In this document: in pieces, positions 22,888 to 53,754 of the stretch
How positions within the stretch are numbered: position 1 is the stretch's first letter
Layout: each line of letters begins with the position of its first letter
NCBI GenBank assembly: GCA_012295275.1
Contig: CM022669.1
Span: forward strand, 9,858,001-9,922,000
DNA: 64,000 bases
Source of the DNA: Chrysomallon squamiferum
Lineage: Eukaryota > Animalia > Mollusca
Direction of reading: 5' to 3'
Program-made: the position numbers and the translations under genes
The notes under the pieces: model-generated
Database searches by the model: none
What the model was told of the DNA's origin: nothing
Seen by the model: only the letters and a program-made list of their open reading frames with translations

Positions 22888-24030
22888 ACGGAAACTGAAC
22901 TAATAAATTAATTTTCATCCAAATATTCATATTTCTATGTTTCACTGATGAAATAAAAAAATTTGAATCATAATATTTTGTTGTTTTATGAAGATATATA
23001 AAAGAAATCAAAGGAATGGAAAGATATTTCTAATGCATAAGAAAATTTGTACACGGTTATATTTGATTTCATTTGTCTATTTGTGGCTTTTGTGTAATAT
23101 AGTTATTTTCTTGAGATAAACTAACAGTTTAAAGGTTTCGAATTTAAGAAAGAATATATACCCAAACATTTGAGAATAGCGACTTTTGCCTCATTAAAAT
23201 AAATTATTTTAAGTACATCTGAAATGATGTCTAAGCAAACATTAATCTAATGTTCACAGGAGTGTAATAAAACCAAACTACAAAATGGAAGTTAGGAGTA
23301 CATGAAGCTCGTACTGAATTTAGTGTATCGATGCATATCAAGTAGCAATGGATTCTTCTCGATAAGATGCAATTTGTTTACTGTTAGTGTAAATAAATAG
23401 AAAAAAAACACCTCTTAAATACAAAATGAACAAAGATTAAAGAAATTATATTTGAAAAATCACTAAATTCTAAAAAAGAAAATCCTATTAGAAAAGAGTT
23501 TCTAATTTGCTTCATTTTGTTGTTTGATTTTGTCATAATTTGAGTTCAGAGACTAAATAGTATTTTAAATCCATGACAGAATATCTTTAATATTTAGATA
23601 TTAACTGATGTTACAATACTCTTAGTTTTTTTATATACTGTATGTGTATGTATGTATGTATTTTAAAATAATATTATCAACTTAAAGATGAGATCATTAT
23701 TTTACAACACACATTTTAATATTCTCATAGTAATATGTTCTTCAAGTGAGGCATGTGTTATGTTCCTACCAAAGTAGTTTTACCAGAACTATAGGGCGCT
23801 GAAACATGAATATGTCTTTTTTCTGTAATTGCTTATTACTACTAATAAATAATAATTAATATAAATTAACAGGAATTTGACTTCTTTATTTATTTCAGTA
23901 AATAATGTAAATAAGGACAAAAGAAATACAAGTGAATTAAATAAAAAAAAAAATAAAAAAAAGACTGACTAATTTAAAATTAAAAAAATGCATAGTTTGT
24001 ATTAATACATAAAATGGATGATCCTAATGG

Positions 24031-24076
<46 letters not shown>

Positions 24077-24407
24077 ACACAGATAGATAGGATAACGAGA
24101 TAGTGAGTATGAAAGAAAACGTGTTAGAGAGAAAGACACTGAAATCAAGAAAAATAAAGCAAAAGCAGATAGAGATAAAGACTGAAATAGAGAAAGATCA
24201 AGAGAGACAAAAAAAAAAAAAAAAACAACCAACAAAAAAAAAAAAAACTGAAAATAGAGGTTTGAGAGAACTAGAAAGATTGAATAAGAATCGGATCTGA
24301 AAATGATGCGTCAGATAATGAAAAATAATTAAATTATTTCAGTTAAAACTTTCTGAGTAATGAACTGAAGATAAATTATCTCTACGAATAATATTTAGTA
24401 TTATTGT

Positions 24408-24486
<79 letters not shown>

Positions 24487-25658
24487 CCGAAACACAAAGA
24501 CTGATGAATATGGAGTAACAGGTGTAATTTCATAATGTAATAATACTATTTAGTACATCATCTGTATTCAAAGAACCGAGTCAGGAAAATGTTGTCCGTG
24601 TCTGCGTTCAGTAGACAGGTACCACTTTATTTATAAATAAATAGTTTTAAATAAATTAATAAACAATCAGACAAACAGACAGTATTATAGTGAGGATCAA
24701 AAACATTTGATATAACCTAAAAACAAAAGTAACAAAAAACAAACATAATAACAATGAGAAAATTCTCTTCTGGTAAACTTTAATCTGACACTGTAGAGAA
24801 ATATTACAAAGAAAAGATGCGCAGGCGTGGCACCATAACATTAAAGACATTAAAAACAAGAAAGAGATTTTGTCTTTTCAAAAGAAAAATACAGACACTA
24901 ACGTGTGAAAAAAACTACAAAAAACAAACAAACAAAAAACAACAACATGAGACTTAACAACTTTTCAGCATACTCCAATAACTGTGTTTAATAACGTATT
25001 CCTTGACTAACTCCTTGGAAAACTGTAAATTAAAAATGGTCAGATTGCATTAAAGTAATGGTCAGATTGCTATAAATATTATATTCTGCAAAGACTAGTG
25101 CTCGAAATGTTAATTTAATATTAACTCCATGCAAGATAAATTATTTATATTAAATAAATAAGTATTTCTATCCACACACACACACACATTCCCACAACCA
25201 CACACACACACATACACACAATTAGTCACTTTGTTTCAAAGACATTTTAAATAGATTATCTCCATATTAATAATCTACCCCTCCCAGGAGTGTTTGAATA
25301 CTAAAACAAATCTGTTAATGTTTATCCGTTAATCCATTTTTCAATCACATCTCGTTAACAGTGAGCTTGATAAAGCATTACTTTTCTAATCTTTTGTCTA
25401 GTAATGAAGACGGGTGGTCAGTTGCCTTCAAGCTAATTACAAAGCTAAATATAAACGTATAACAGATAAACGAACAAAGCGCTAGGTAAAGCGTTCCCTG
25501 GCTAACCCATGTTGTTGACGACTGACTGGTCAGAAAGGTATAAAAACACAGTCAGGTCTCTGTGTTAAACATTGCACTCTCACAACGAATGATTTCATCC
25601 ACGTGAGCAGCAGATATTTTGAAATTTAATAACACACAGTTTTTATTCTACTACAAAC

Positions 25659-28264
<2,606 letters not shown>

Positions 28265-28625
28265 ACTTTGTGAACAAATTCTGATTTATTTATTTATTTA
28301 TTATTTTAATGAAACAAATTTTTATTTTCAAACTTTGGTATTGTTTTTATTTAGATGATAGAAATTTAGAAAATTAGAAACTGTGTTGAAGAAGAAGACA
28401 GGAGAAATCTCCACAGTACGAATAACCTGAATAATAAAACATCTTGATTCATATTAGAAAATAGCGTAACGCTCATTATGCTTTATGAGATCTTTAGTTG
28501 ATCAAAAGATTCATTCAAGACTGAACTGTGACATATTTCCTCTTTTTTGTTTTTCTGAATTCGATATTCTTTTAGTAGAGATTGGTAATATCTTGTTCAG
28601 TTATGGGTCCAGAGATCAGTTTTTT

Positions 28626-28675
<50 letters not shown>

Positions 28676-29236
28676 CTTTCATTTTTCCTTCCTATTATGA
28701 TAACATATATACGTAAGTAACGCAGTGTGTGGTTGTATACAGCATTTCTATCTTTAAATACAACGAAATGATATTTTAAATAATTGGTAAATGAAATTCA
28801 GTGTACCAAAATAAATAAATGAACGAACGAACGAATGAATGAAAAGACGAACGACATAATAAACACATGATTCTCTGGCTATCGATCATCAACAAAATGG
28901 CAAATGGTGAATATTAAAATCTAATATAAAACAGTCGATATGAAATAAAAAAATAATGAGAGGAAAATGAACGGCCTATGGTAAATAAAACGACTCCCAG
29001 TAAATTACAATGAATACTTCGATTACATCATGAAGATAAGTGATTTAGTATTATAAACACAAACAATTACATCCATAATTCACACATAATTGGTCTACAC
29101 ACGTTTATATAAGCTCAAGTTTTAATTAAAATTGCACAGAAACAAGGCTATGTATAATCTATTTGATGTCTCTGAAGAATTCGGTGTCATGTTGTATTAG
29201 TAATATAAGAGAAAGAAACTTACCTTCTAGCTGAGC

Positions 29237-29560
29237 AATTTTGAACAATGGACTCTCTGGTAATAACAATTACAGTGTGAACAGTTTTAAACAGCTGATA
29301 ATAATTTTCCAAAGCTGATGATTTTAAGGAACTGATTGTGTAGTAATAATTGTACAATGAAGACAGTTTTAAATTATTGATTGCTAGTGATTTTGCAACG
29401 AAGATAATTTTAAATTATTGATTAGTAATAATTGTACAAGGAAGACAATTTTAAACTATTGATTGGTAATAATTTTACTGAAGACAGTTTTAAGCTATTG
29501 ACTGGTAATACTTTTACAATCGTACAATTTTGAACAATAGTCTAGTAATAGTTTTGCAAT
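29237..29560. repeat. Degenerate ~41-bp tandem repeat (consensus like AATTGTACAATGAAGACAGTTTTAAATTATTGATTGGTAAT)
   Basis: About 7 diverged units between converging copies 5 and 6. Confidence 0.75.
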
Positions 29561-29802
29561 GCCAACTTTCGTAAACATTTGATTCTCTGGGAGTAATTGC
29601 ATAATTTAAAAACACATGCAATTACATCAGACTATATAAATTAATTCATATTTGTAAAAAGTCATCTCAACAATCTTTTGCATTCGTTATTCTTTTTTTC
29701 TTTCTTTTTTTCCTGATTTAGTCACAAATTTACATAAATACGTCATAACAAAGCAATGCTGCTGCTGTAATTTATGCGCTGTTTTTATCAGCTAGCAGAA
29801 CA

Positions 29803-29865
<63 letters not shown>

Positions 29866-30559
29866 TTACTTTCTTTTGCACAGACAGGTAGCACGCATAA
29901 CTAACTGTTTTACATATGCCAGCTGTGAAACACTATATTGAACGGGAAAAAAACAGACAGGCAAAAGCATGGATCGATCGTGGAACATTTTGTTTCTCAG
30001 AATACAGCATCTCATAATCTACTAGTTATATTAATATCTGTTTCGAAAAATAAATTACTTTTCATTTGTGCTTACGATGTATACTATGACACATTAGAAC
30101 CTTTAACTCTGGATACTGATACTTGTAATTTATATTCGGTCTGGAAACTTAAGAAATACTGGAAGTTATAAAATGTTGTGAAATATTTGTTGCAGCATTA
30201 TTTTTCTCGCTTTTCATAACTGCATTAAATATCATTAATTTTTACCCATTTATATACGCATTTTGCAGAAAAACAGGGGGAAACAAAGCAAATATGTTAC
30301 AGTTCAGGTTTTAAACACTGTGATGATCGACAAAAGCTTGAGAGTCGTCTTCTTTTTTTAATCTGAATCAAGTTGTTTTATTAATCGTAATGTGAATATT
30401 TCTTGAGTCTTCTTCTACTTCAGGTTTTCTAAATTTCTAAATTACTATCTTCTAAATAACAAGAACATCACATTTTGAAAAGAAAATTTTATTTCCTTCA
30501 AATAAATAAAGACATTGTACATCATTGTCAGTAAATTGGAATTTTTTTTACAGCAAAGT

Positions 30560-33024
<2,465 letters not shown>

Positions 33025-33765
33025 GTTTATAGTAGAATAAAAACTGTGTGTTATTAAATTCCAAAATATCTGCTGCTCACGTGGATGAAATCAATCGTTG
33101 TGAGACTGCAATGTTTAACAGACAGATGTGACTGGGTTTTTATACCTTTCTGACCAGTCAGTCGTCAACAACATGGGTTAGCCAGGGAGCGCGTTACCTA
33201 GCGCTTTGTTCGTTTAACTGCTATACGTTTGTATTTAGCTGTATGTGTAATTACCTTGAGCCAAGTGACCGCTCCTGAGCAGGCGTGAGGTTAGACCAGT
33301 AACGCTTTACCAAACACATTGTTAAAACCGGTTTTTCACTGGCAAATGGATTAACGGATAACCGTTCTTGTTTTCAAGTCAGTGGTGACTGTTTTAGCAA
33401 GAATGTTTATAATTTCAAAGAATTTATAATTTCTTTTTTAATTATTTGATTTTAAAGAAAAGCATCAACATATTTATTTATTTGTTTATTTATTTATTTA
33501 TCTGTGTCCTCTCTGTCTCTCTCTCTCTCTGTCTATCTATATATCTGTATGTCTATTTTATATTTTTATTATTGTGACCTTCGAGACTGCAGATATTAAA
33601 CTGTACGTATAACAAGTAACATTCACAATGCATGTCAATACAGATATTTCTGACCAATAACAGCTGTGTGTATGTAAATGTATTGAACAAGTATTTTCAC
33701 AAAGAAAACAACTTCTTTTTGCTTTTAAGGCTATCCTTTTATTTACTGTGTGTGTAGGCGTGCGC

Positions 33766-33804
<39 letters not shown>

Positions 33805-34668
33805 TGTGTGAGAGAGATCAATTTAATTTGGTCGGATTCTATAACGTTTAAGGTGAACCTCGGCATTGATTCTTAAAAGTAAAACCTATCTTAGGACATT
33901 AAAACAATCACAGAATTTATACCGTGGCAAATATATAATAAAGTATGTGAAACACAAAGCTAGAGCAAATACTTAGCGTTATATTAGGCAATCATTCAAC
34001 CAAGAAAACTGAAATTAACGAGTTCTGAAATACTGACATCGAAAGTATTTTAGTGGACTTTACTGTAAGGAGAAATCGTCATAAGATTTTTCTTAATATT
34101 AATAAATATATAAACATATAGTGACATGTTCTCAGTTTTAAAACATTATTTTTTCAAAAGAAATCGAATTTATCTAATACCGAATCAAAATTAGGCAACA
34201 CGGAAATTTCTGGATAAGATTTTTGTTTAACTAGCATTTGAGAAAATTATTATTATTATTATTATTATTATTTTCATTTATAATTTTTTTTTTTCTACTT
34301 CATCTTTCCGGGTTACTCAAGTTTATTTCTTTCTAGCCTTTATTAAGGATCAAAGTCAGAAATAAAAAGATAAATTAAAAGAAACATAAATGTATCACAG
34401 TATACATATATATATATATATACAGAGACATTATACAACAAACTACAAAATTTAAAAATTACAAAACAAAAACATTATTTAAATTGTTAGTTAATAACAA
34501 ATAATGAATAACCAGCTTTAAATTTTCAAGTAAATTTTCACATCAAATGTATTGCAGTACAATAATAAAAATATTGTACTTATGCTGGGATTACAGATTG
34601 TAAACACAGACAGGTAAATATTCTGTTTAACATTCATCAATTTCGCTTTTATTTTTTTTTTATTATTA

Positions 34669-34704
<36 letters not shown>

Positions 34705-34964
34705 TTGGCCTTGACCTGTACCAGAGCAATCCTTCTCGACAATAAGAAATAAAAGAATGAAAGGAAAGAAAGTAAGACGAAAGCGCCCCCTACGTCTAAA
34801 CGCACAATAATTCATACGGAAACACACACGCACATCAGTCACGATGATTGTCGAACTCGTTAGTTACGTAACAAGCTAATAACAAACCCTGTGCTTTCTT
34901 TGTCATTTCATAAGCTGTACGCACGTAATTATAACCACTCAGCGAGTACGCTGTTCACGTGGCT

Positions 34965-35080
34965 TGGTTACATGTCACTAGGATACATGGGTATTTGTGG
35001 ATACCTCGTGCAGTATAAATATCCACCCAGCTCGTCTATTTCACATCTCACAGCGATATTTTTCTGTCTACGTGAGCAGA
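34965..35080 (+). promoter_or_regulatory. Type C tubulin core promoter (copies 7 and 9)
   Basis: TGGTTACATGTCACTAGGATACAT..GTATTTGTGGATACCTCGTGCAGTATAAATATCCACCCAGCTCG, TATA at 35014; near-identical at 43126-43240 (TATA 43175). Confidence 0.78.
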
Positions 35081-35132
35081 GATTGTTGTAATTAATTTTC
35101 GTAACCGATTTATTTCACTTCAGTAAACAAAT

Positions 35133-37611
<2,479 letters not shown>

Positions 37612-38969
37612 ACTGACAATTTGCTCGACTTTGTTTTTGATGTTTAACCCCAATATACTCTATATTGTCATCGTTTTTACTGCAATAAATTTGATCTGAA
37701 ATTCAAAATATTATTTATTTATTTCGAAGAAAACTGCTTCAACTGTGAGTAGGCTCTTCCTTCGATTAGCAGGAAAGTAAGTTTTGTTCAAATTGAAATT
37801 AAAACAATGCATTATAACTGATGAAATCTAACAAAAGAATATAGTCTGAATTTTCCTCATTCCATCTGACACGGCAATGATGCTCAGAACAGTTTAAAAG
37901 TAATTAGAATATTTAATCTTATATTTAAAGTATACATTTTTTTTAAGATTATAACTGTACTTTGAAAATATTAGTGAAGTTTGAATTTTACTGGGAAACG
38001 AGTTTAATTGTTATGGCTATTTTTACCTGTTTGCAACCTCCAGAGTGAATTACTCGACTTTTGAGAAAAAACAAAACAAAGAAAGATAAAGTAAAACATG
38101 TCAATATTTGGCTGTTTTGATTTTAAAGCATAATTCCAGCATATATGTAGTATTGTCATGGTTTTTATCGAAAGTGAAATCATATTTTATTTATTTATTT
38201 TATTCATTTATGAGAAGTAAACAGCAGTAAGCTATTTCTTCGATAGTAAGAAACTAAGATTTATTTACACTGAAATTTTCAATCTTTGCTTTATAATTTA
38301 TGGTTACATGGTTCATGCTTGTGATTGAAGACTATATAGATAAAACGGTTACTCTTTATGTTGGGAGCAAGATACACACTAACATGGTTCTGCCAGACAT
38401 TAAAATATTATATGCATTAACGAAACAATAAAAATGGATAACTAAACCATGTTAAGTCATACTTATAGTGATTATTACTTTTAGATTTGGTATGTTCTCA
38501 CCTATTGTCAATATACAGCTTGAAATTTAATTACAGCTATTGTGCAATACTTGATTTAAACAGCATCTTAATAGTTAAAAATAATCTAAGGGCTAAAATA
38601 TTGTTTTTTCCTTTGTTGTATTTACCAGTTTTATTTATTTATTTTTCTTCTTATTTTTTTTTATTATTAATTTTGTTTTATATATTTTTTTAAAATTTTA
38701 TTGTGATTTTTATTATTTTTTAATTATTATTGTTGTTCTGAATACTTAACCGAATACAACAGCACATCCATTATGATTCTCAACCAGAACTGGGATCTGA
38801 GCCTGCTACAGAAAACCAAAGGGTTAATTTACGTTTAGTTAACGCTAGGTTTAAACAGTGCGGATTTCACAATGTCAAACAAGTTAATTATAGACAAACA
38901 AGTAAAAATAGCCTGAATCATCATCATTCTACAGAACATTTCATCCGATATAGAAATTATACATTAACA

Positions 38970-39137
<168 letters not shown>

Positions 39138-39431
39138 AGAGAGTTTGTTTTATAATGAATACAGGTATACAGAATAAGAAAAAAACCAAGTGAATTTATG
39201 GAGCAAGATCAGATCCTTTTACATGCTTACATACAACTATATATTAAAAAGCAAACAAAATGATTATGAAATAAAACATTTATTTCAATTTTTAATTGAA
39301 GAAAACAAAGCATAGGTTAAATAGAAACCAAATAAATATTCAGTTCACCATTTCACATGATGTTTGTAGCAATAAAAATACTGTATATGCTGGGATTATA
39401 GAACGTAAGCAAAGGAAAGTATATGTTCAGT

Positions 39432-42648
<3,217 letters not shown>

Positions 42649-43308
42649 GACTGTCAAACCGATGAAAAACAAGTCACTTACCACTTACGTAACAAACAGT
42701 CGAAACGACTTGAAATACTGAAATCTCATTCTATTTATAACCTATCGTCTGTTTATCACCATTCGCACGTGCAAGAAGCTAGTTGACAAGCCCGTGATAA
42801 CTATTAACAATAGATGTTAATTTAGTTGTTGTCACATACAAGACAAATATAATGCCTGTGTTGTTGTCTCGGGATGGGGTGGGAGATTAAATAAATAAAT
42901 AAGTAATAATAACTAAAAAGTTAAAACGAAAAAATAAAATAATTTTATTAACAATACATGAAAAACTATTAAAAAAAAATATATATATATATATACATCC
43001 CCCTTCCACTCTCATACAAACATCCAAATATATACAGAAACCACATAATTAGCTTTAATTACCTTAATTCGTTAGTTTCATATTTACGTAATCGTCATGC
43101 TCTAATTAGAGCTTTCCATCTGGTTTGGTTACATGTAACTGGGATACATTTGTATTTGTGGATACCTCGTGCAGTATAAATATCCACCCAGCTCGTCTAT
43201 TTCACATCTCACAGCGATATTTTCTGTCTACGTGAGCAGACGTAATTTATTCACTACTTTCAGCAGACGTAATTTATTCACTACTTTCAGCAGCTTCAGC
43301 AAACAAAC

Positions 43309-45733
<2,425 letters not shown>

Positions 45734-47534
45734 ACTGAACATGTCCTTACCTTTGTTTATTGATGATTCCAGTATATACAATATTGTCATCGTTTTTGTT
45801 GCAATAAACCTGGTAGGAAACTGAAATCCTTAGTTGAATTGTTTTGTATTAGAGAAAGAAGAAAGGAGTAAATATATTTATATAAGAATCCACTTAAAGT
45901 ACTCGTCATGAAAAAGGGATGTTTAATAAATAGCAAACAACTTGTAAAGGTGATAAAGCAGTCGTATGGAACATAACAATACTTGCACACTACTTTTATT
46001 ATTTAGAATGTCAAATATTTACTAGTCTTGCTAGTTGACAATTATCTTGAAATTAAATGTATTACAAAAATAGAAGTAGAATCGTCATAACAAATATGAT
46101 CACGTAGTAACTGATTTCCAGGCATCGAAATAAATCGAGAACGCTCGTTCATGTTACCACCTATCAATAAAGTCGAGAACGAAAACTTTCAGAGAAAGCT
46201 GTTTCCCTGCATGCAGATGATAAAAAAAACGAAGAGAAAGACCAGCATCTTGTACAATAGACAACAACCTGATTGTAGACTCATTGTCAGACTCACAAGA
46301 CACATACTCACCTGTGCCCTCTTTAGATGTGATAAAAAATAACCTGCAATGAACTAATGTGTGTAGAGGACTTTCTTGCTACTACTACATCAGATTCAGA
46401 GGGCTTGGATGATGCTCGAAGTGAAACAGTTGATACATCAGATACTGATGACAGTGACTGCTAACTGAAACAACTTCATCATTCAGATTCTCATATCAGT
46501 ATTGTTTGATGAGTTAAGTAAAGCAATAAAAACAACACAAATTTTGATGATTTGTTTTATTGTTTTGTTTAGTTATTAAATGCAGTACACTATAACTGTA
46601 CACAAAGCATTAACTCATTAATATCTGACGAATATTTAGTGGGGGCTCAGAGACTGTTATAGATAACTGTTTATACGATGTAACTAGCATGTACATCATA
46701 ATGTGAAGTTCACATATGGCGTAGTTCAATGAACAAAGTCTAGCTCTAAACTGAAATTTTAATCGAGATATTTGGGTGAATTTTGCTACTGCAGTTTGAT
46801 CTCTACAGCAGATTCTTGTTAGTAGCTGAACTAATCGTATCGGCCATAGACTGTATTCGTACAAGGTGAATAGGAATTGTTAAGTATTAAAATTAGTTTT
46901 AATGTTTACCGTTCACAAGGGTATGCATATAAGTTTGAAAGTCAGTTGTAAAAATAAAGTTTATGCATCATAATAATCTGGTCATTATTATTATTATTAT
47001 TATTATTATTTTTTTTTTTTACAAAACCAAATGTTGCGAGAAAGATGTTTTGATCGTGAACCGAGTTTGATGGACAATTCATTACTTCAGCGAAAACTAT
47101 TAGGACACCAGAGTAGTTATTTATTTATATTTACATGCAATCTGATCGAATCTCAAGTGGTTTTGGTAATAAAGAGGTAAATGAATAAATAATAAACGTT
47201 CGACATAAACACTATAAGAGTGATTTAGATGCTGTGCCGCATTGACACTAACCATTTGTTTCACGCTGAAAATATTAATAAAATTAATGTAAATTTAACG
47301 AAAAACGGCACTTAACGGTTCATGGTTCAAAGTAAACATGTAAACTAATGAAAACAAAGCAGCGGGTTGCTCATGTATATCATTTATAACACAAAAATAT
47401 ATCTTCGTAACCGTTTCAAGCCTTATGTTACAGCGAGCGAACGCTGTAATAGAAAATATGGTTCATATTCATCTTTTCAACAAACGTGATTTTTTGTTTC
47501 CAGTTCATGTTATATGTACAGAAAAGCCTTAAGA

Positions 47535-47550
47535 ACACACACACACACAT

Positions 47551-47645
<95 letters not shown>
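47535..47645. repeat. Compound (CA)n(TA)n(GA)n microsatellite
   Basis: Directly visible. Confidence 0.95.
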
Positions 47646-47647
<2 letters not shown>

Positions 47648-48117
47648 TATTGATTAGTATTAAAGCAAGTTTCCTTTGTTGTAGAATTTTTATTATAAAA
47701 TGATGTTATACGTAATAATCGATTATATATATATATATATTTAATATTAAAAACAAATAATAAACAATATATAAAGCTTTATTTTATTATTTTTTTAATT
47801 TTTTTTCGTTTTTTGAATTTCAACAACTTTTTAAACTATAAATAGATCAAGGGTCTCACTGACCAGAACAAAAATAGATCATTCAGTGTAATAAGAAAGT
47901 CTTTTTGAGATATTGCTTTGTGTTCCAAGCAATTTACTATAATCACAAGGGAACAAATAATACATTTACATTCAGACAAATCTAACACGTACAAGTATTC
48001 TAATCTGTTTTGTCACTGGCCAATGTAGTGGGTGGAAACAAACCTTACATTTAAAAAAAAAAAATTCTCAGTCACTTTAAATAAAGTATGACTGAAACAT
48101 TTAAATTAATAAATTAA

Positions 48118-48377
<260 letters not shown>

Positions 48378-48923
48378 AATAATGAATTAACGACCTAAGA
48401 AACTAATTAATAAAAATGGTTGTGAATAGTTTAATTAAATAAAAATAATTTAGTTTACATAGCTTATTACAGCTGGGTTTATTTTATTTCAAATCATCAG
48501 AAGGCAAAAGTTGAAGCGTACACCAATGACTGTTATTTTATGTTCCTTTATTTCATCTAATTAAATAAACGACCACTCTAACAAGATGAGAGAGAAGTCG
48601 TAGGTATTTAAGGGACTTGTTTAAACTCGACTGAACACGTCATATTACTAATACTCTTCAGAGAGGTTTCAGATTTATCATGATGATCTCGTCACCCCAC
48701 TGTTTACTTATACCAACAGCAACAAGTGTATCGTTTCTAAATACCTTTCCATATACAGGAAAGAAAAATATGCAGTAACCTTTGATAGCAAAAACGGGAA
48801 AATAAAAACGTTTAAAAAATGGGCTCACAGTTATTAATGCTACAACTTATTCCCTGATGTTATTTCATTTCAGATCATCTTACCGATTAGCAGACATGAA
48901 TCTTTCATGTATACCTTCCCAGA

Positions 48924-48998
48924 GGCAGGGAAACGAGGCTGAATGGTAGAGCGCGCGCCTGAATGACGGTCTGTAGGATCGATCGATCCCAGCGCGCC
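48924..48998 (+). mobile_element. Degenerate tRNA-derived SINE head
   Basis: A-box-like GGCTGAATGG followed by TAGAGCGCGCGCCTGA, and B-box-like GGATCGATC at tRNA-like spacing; no complete cloverleaf. Confidence 0.45.
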
Positions 48999-49771
48999 AA
49001 ACTTGATACAAAAGACTGAAACTCTACTACCTAAATTAAATGGTGGCATTTTGTTTTTTTTCTCGACATTTGAATTCACGTCAGTGTAAATAAACCGACA
49101 GGTCCCAGAATAAATACACACTGTTCCAAAAAAAAAAAATATAAAAAAAAAACACACGTTAGAATAGGACTGTTATTTATTTATAAGCTTTTCAACAAAC
49201 ACTTTAATCAGCAGTCGCCTATCAGTGGCTGGGAACAAATGAGACCTTTCAGCAGTGCAAAACAAAGCGAAAAAAACCCTGAGTTGCGTATCTAATTAAT
49301 ACAGAGCAACAAATACACAAATGCACATATTATACTTAAACACACAAATCACAAATACACACACACACACACACCCATACACCCACACATATATTCAGTA
49401 TATATGTTATGGTGCCACATACACAGTTAACATATAAACGCCAGTGGGCGTGTGTGGGTGTGAATTTGAGTTAGATACGTGTTGATGTTATCTGCCTTAA
49501 CGTGGAAACGGTTATCTGAAATAATCGCTACATTCCTCAAGTTAGATTATATCTCGATCTAACCAGTTCTCCAAGACGATAGAAATGCATTTACGTATAT
49601 AAAACTTTTAAATATATCTTACAGCTAATTGAAAAAGCAGTGATAAACAAATAGATAAATAAAATAACGAAATATTTCATTTTTACATCAAATTTATTGT
49701 AGTAAAAAACGATGACAATATTGTATATGCTGGGATTATGCATTAAAAACAAAGCTAAGAACATTGTGAAT

Positions 49772-52719
<2,948 letters not shown>

Positions 52720-53754
52720 GTTTGTGTGTTGTTGAAGTCAAATAAAACGGTGAATAAAATGCGTCTTGTATCTGCTCACGTAGATAGAAACTATCGCTGT
52801 GAGATGAAAATGTGAGGTTGAAACATGTGATCTTGTACTTATAACCACCAGGTATCCACCAACACCCGCGTGTCCAGGTTACAGGTTGCCAGGCAGGTGG
52901 ACACTAACAGGTAAATCGATAATTGCGTTAATTATATCACCTGAGAAACATATTACTTGCCTGGACATTAATCTCGATGCTTGGTTGAATAGGTCAGATT
53001 AGATTTGACTGACCAGGTCTCATAACAAAAGGTGAAGATTGGGTTTCTGTTTTTCAAGACTGTTACGTAAGAGTGTTGGTTACAACACGAGTTAATTCTC
53101 TGTAATTAAGCTAGAGGCGAGTCTGTAGTTGAAACTGGAAGACGAGCTATGAAATGATTTCTGACTTTTAATTAATTTATTTAATGTGTTCTGTATGGCG
53201 TAGTATCTCTCTGACATACGAACATACACATATATGCCTACACACATACACATACACACATTATCCCATATATGTTTATATGTATATGCATGATACATGT
53301 TTTTATGTATATGTGTGCGTGCGCGCGCGCGGGCGTGTTTGTGTGTGTACCACGTGGCTCTTTATCATTTTCCCTGTTATGCATACTTTCCCTCTTTAAA
53401 CTCTCATTTCTTTCTTATTCTATGTCATTCTGGTTATTTATTTATTTATTTATTTATCTTTCACGTAATTTGCCTCAATTATTTATAAATCATTATTTAT
53501 CAATAGTAAAATATACTATACAATGGCTTTATCCTGCCTGCACTCAACATAGACTTCCAGTCAGCTTCATTAAAGCTCTTTTCCTGTTCCAGTTCGGATC
53601 AAAATTAAATAAATAAATAATCCTTCCGCTAATAACATACGTGTCGTTTTACATACTTTTTCGTTTTGAAAGCTGTTTTATTCTTGTATCTTTTTAAGCA
53701 AACTAACGAGATTGTACGATCAAGTCAACATAATCAGTACTCAGTATATCGATT

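Noticed and set aside
48924-48998. Functional tRNA gene (also 57163-57240)
   Set aside because: No complete acceptor and anticodon stems could be drawn; kept only as SINE-like heads.
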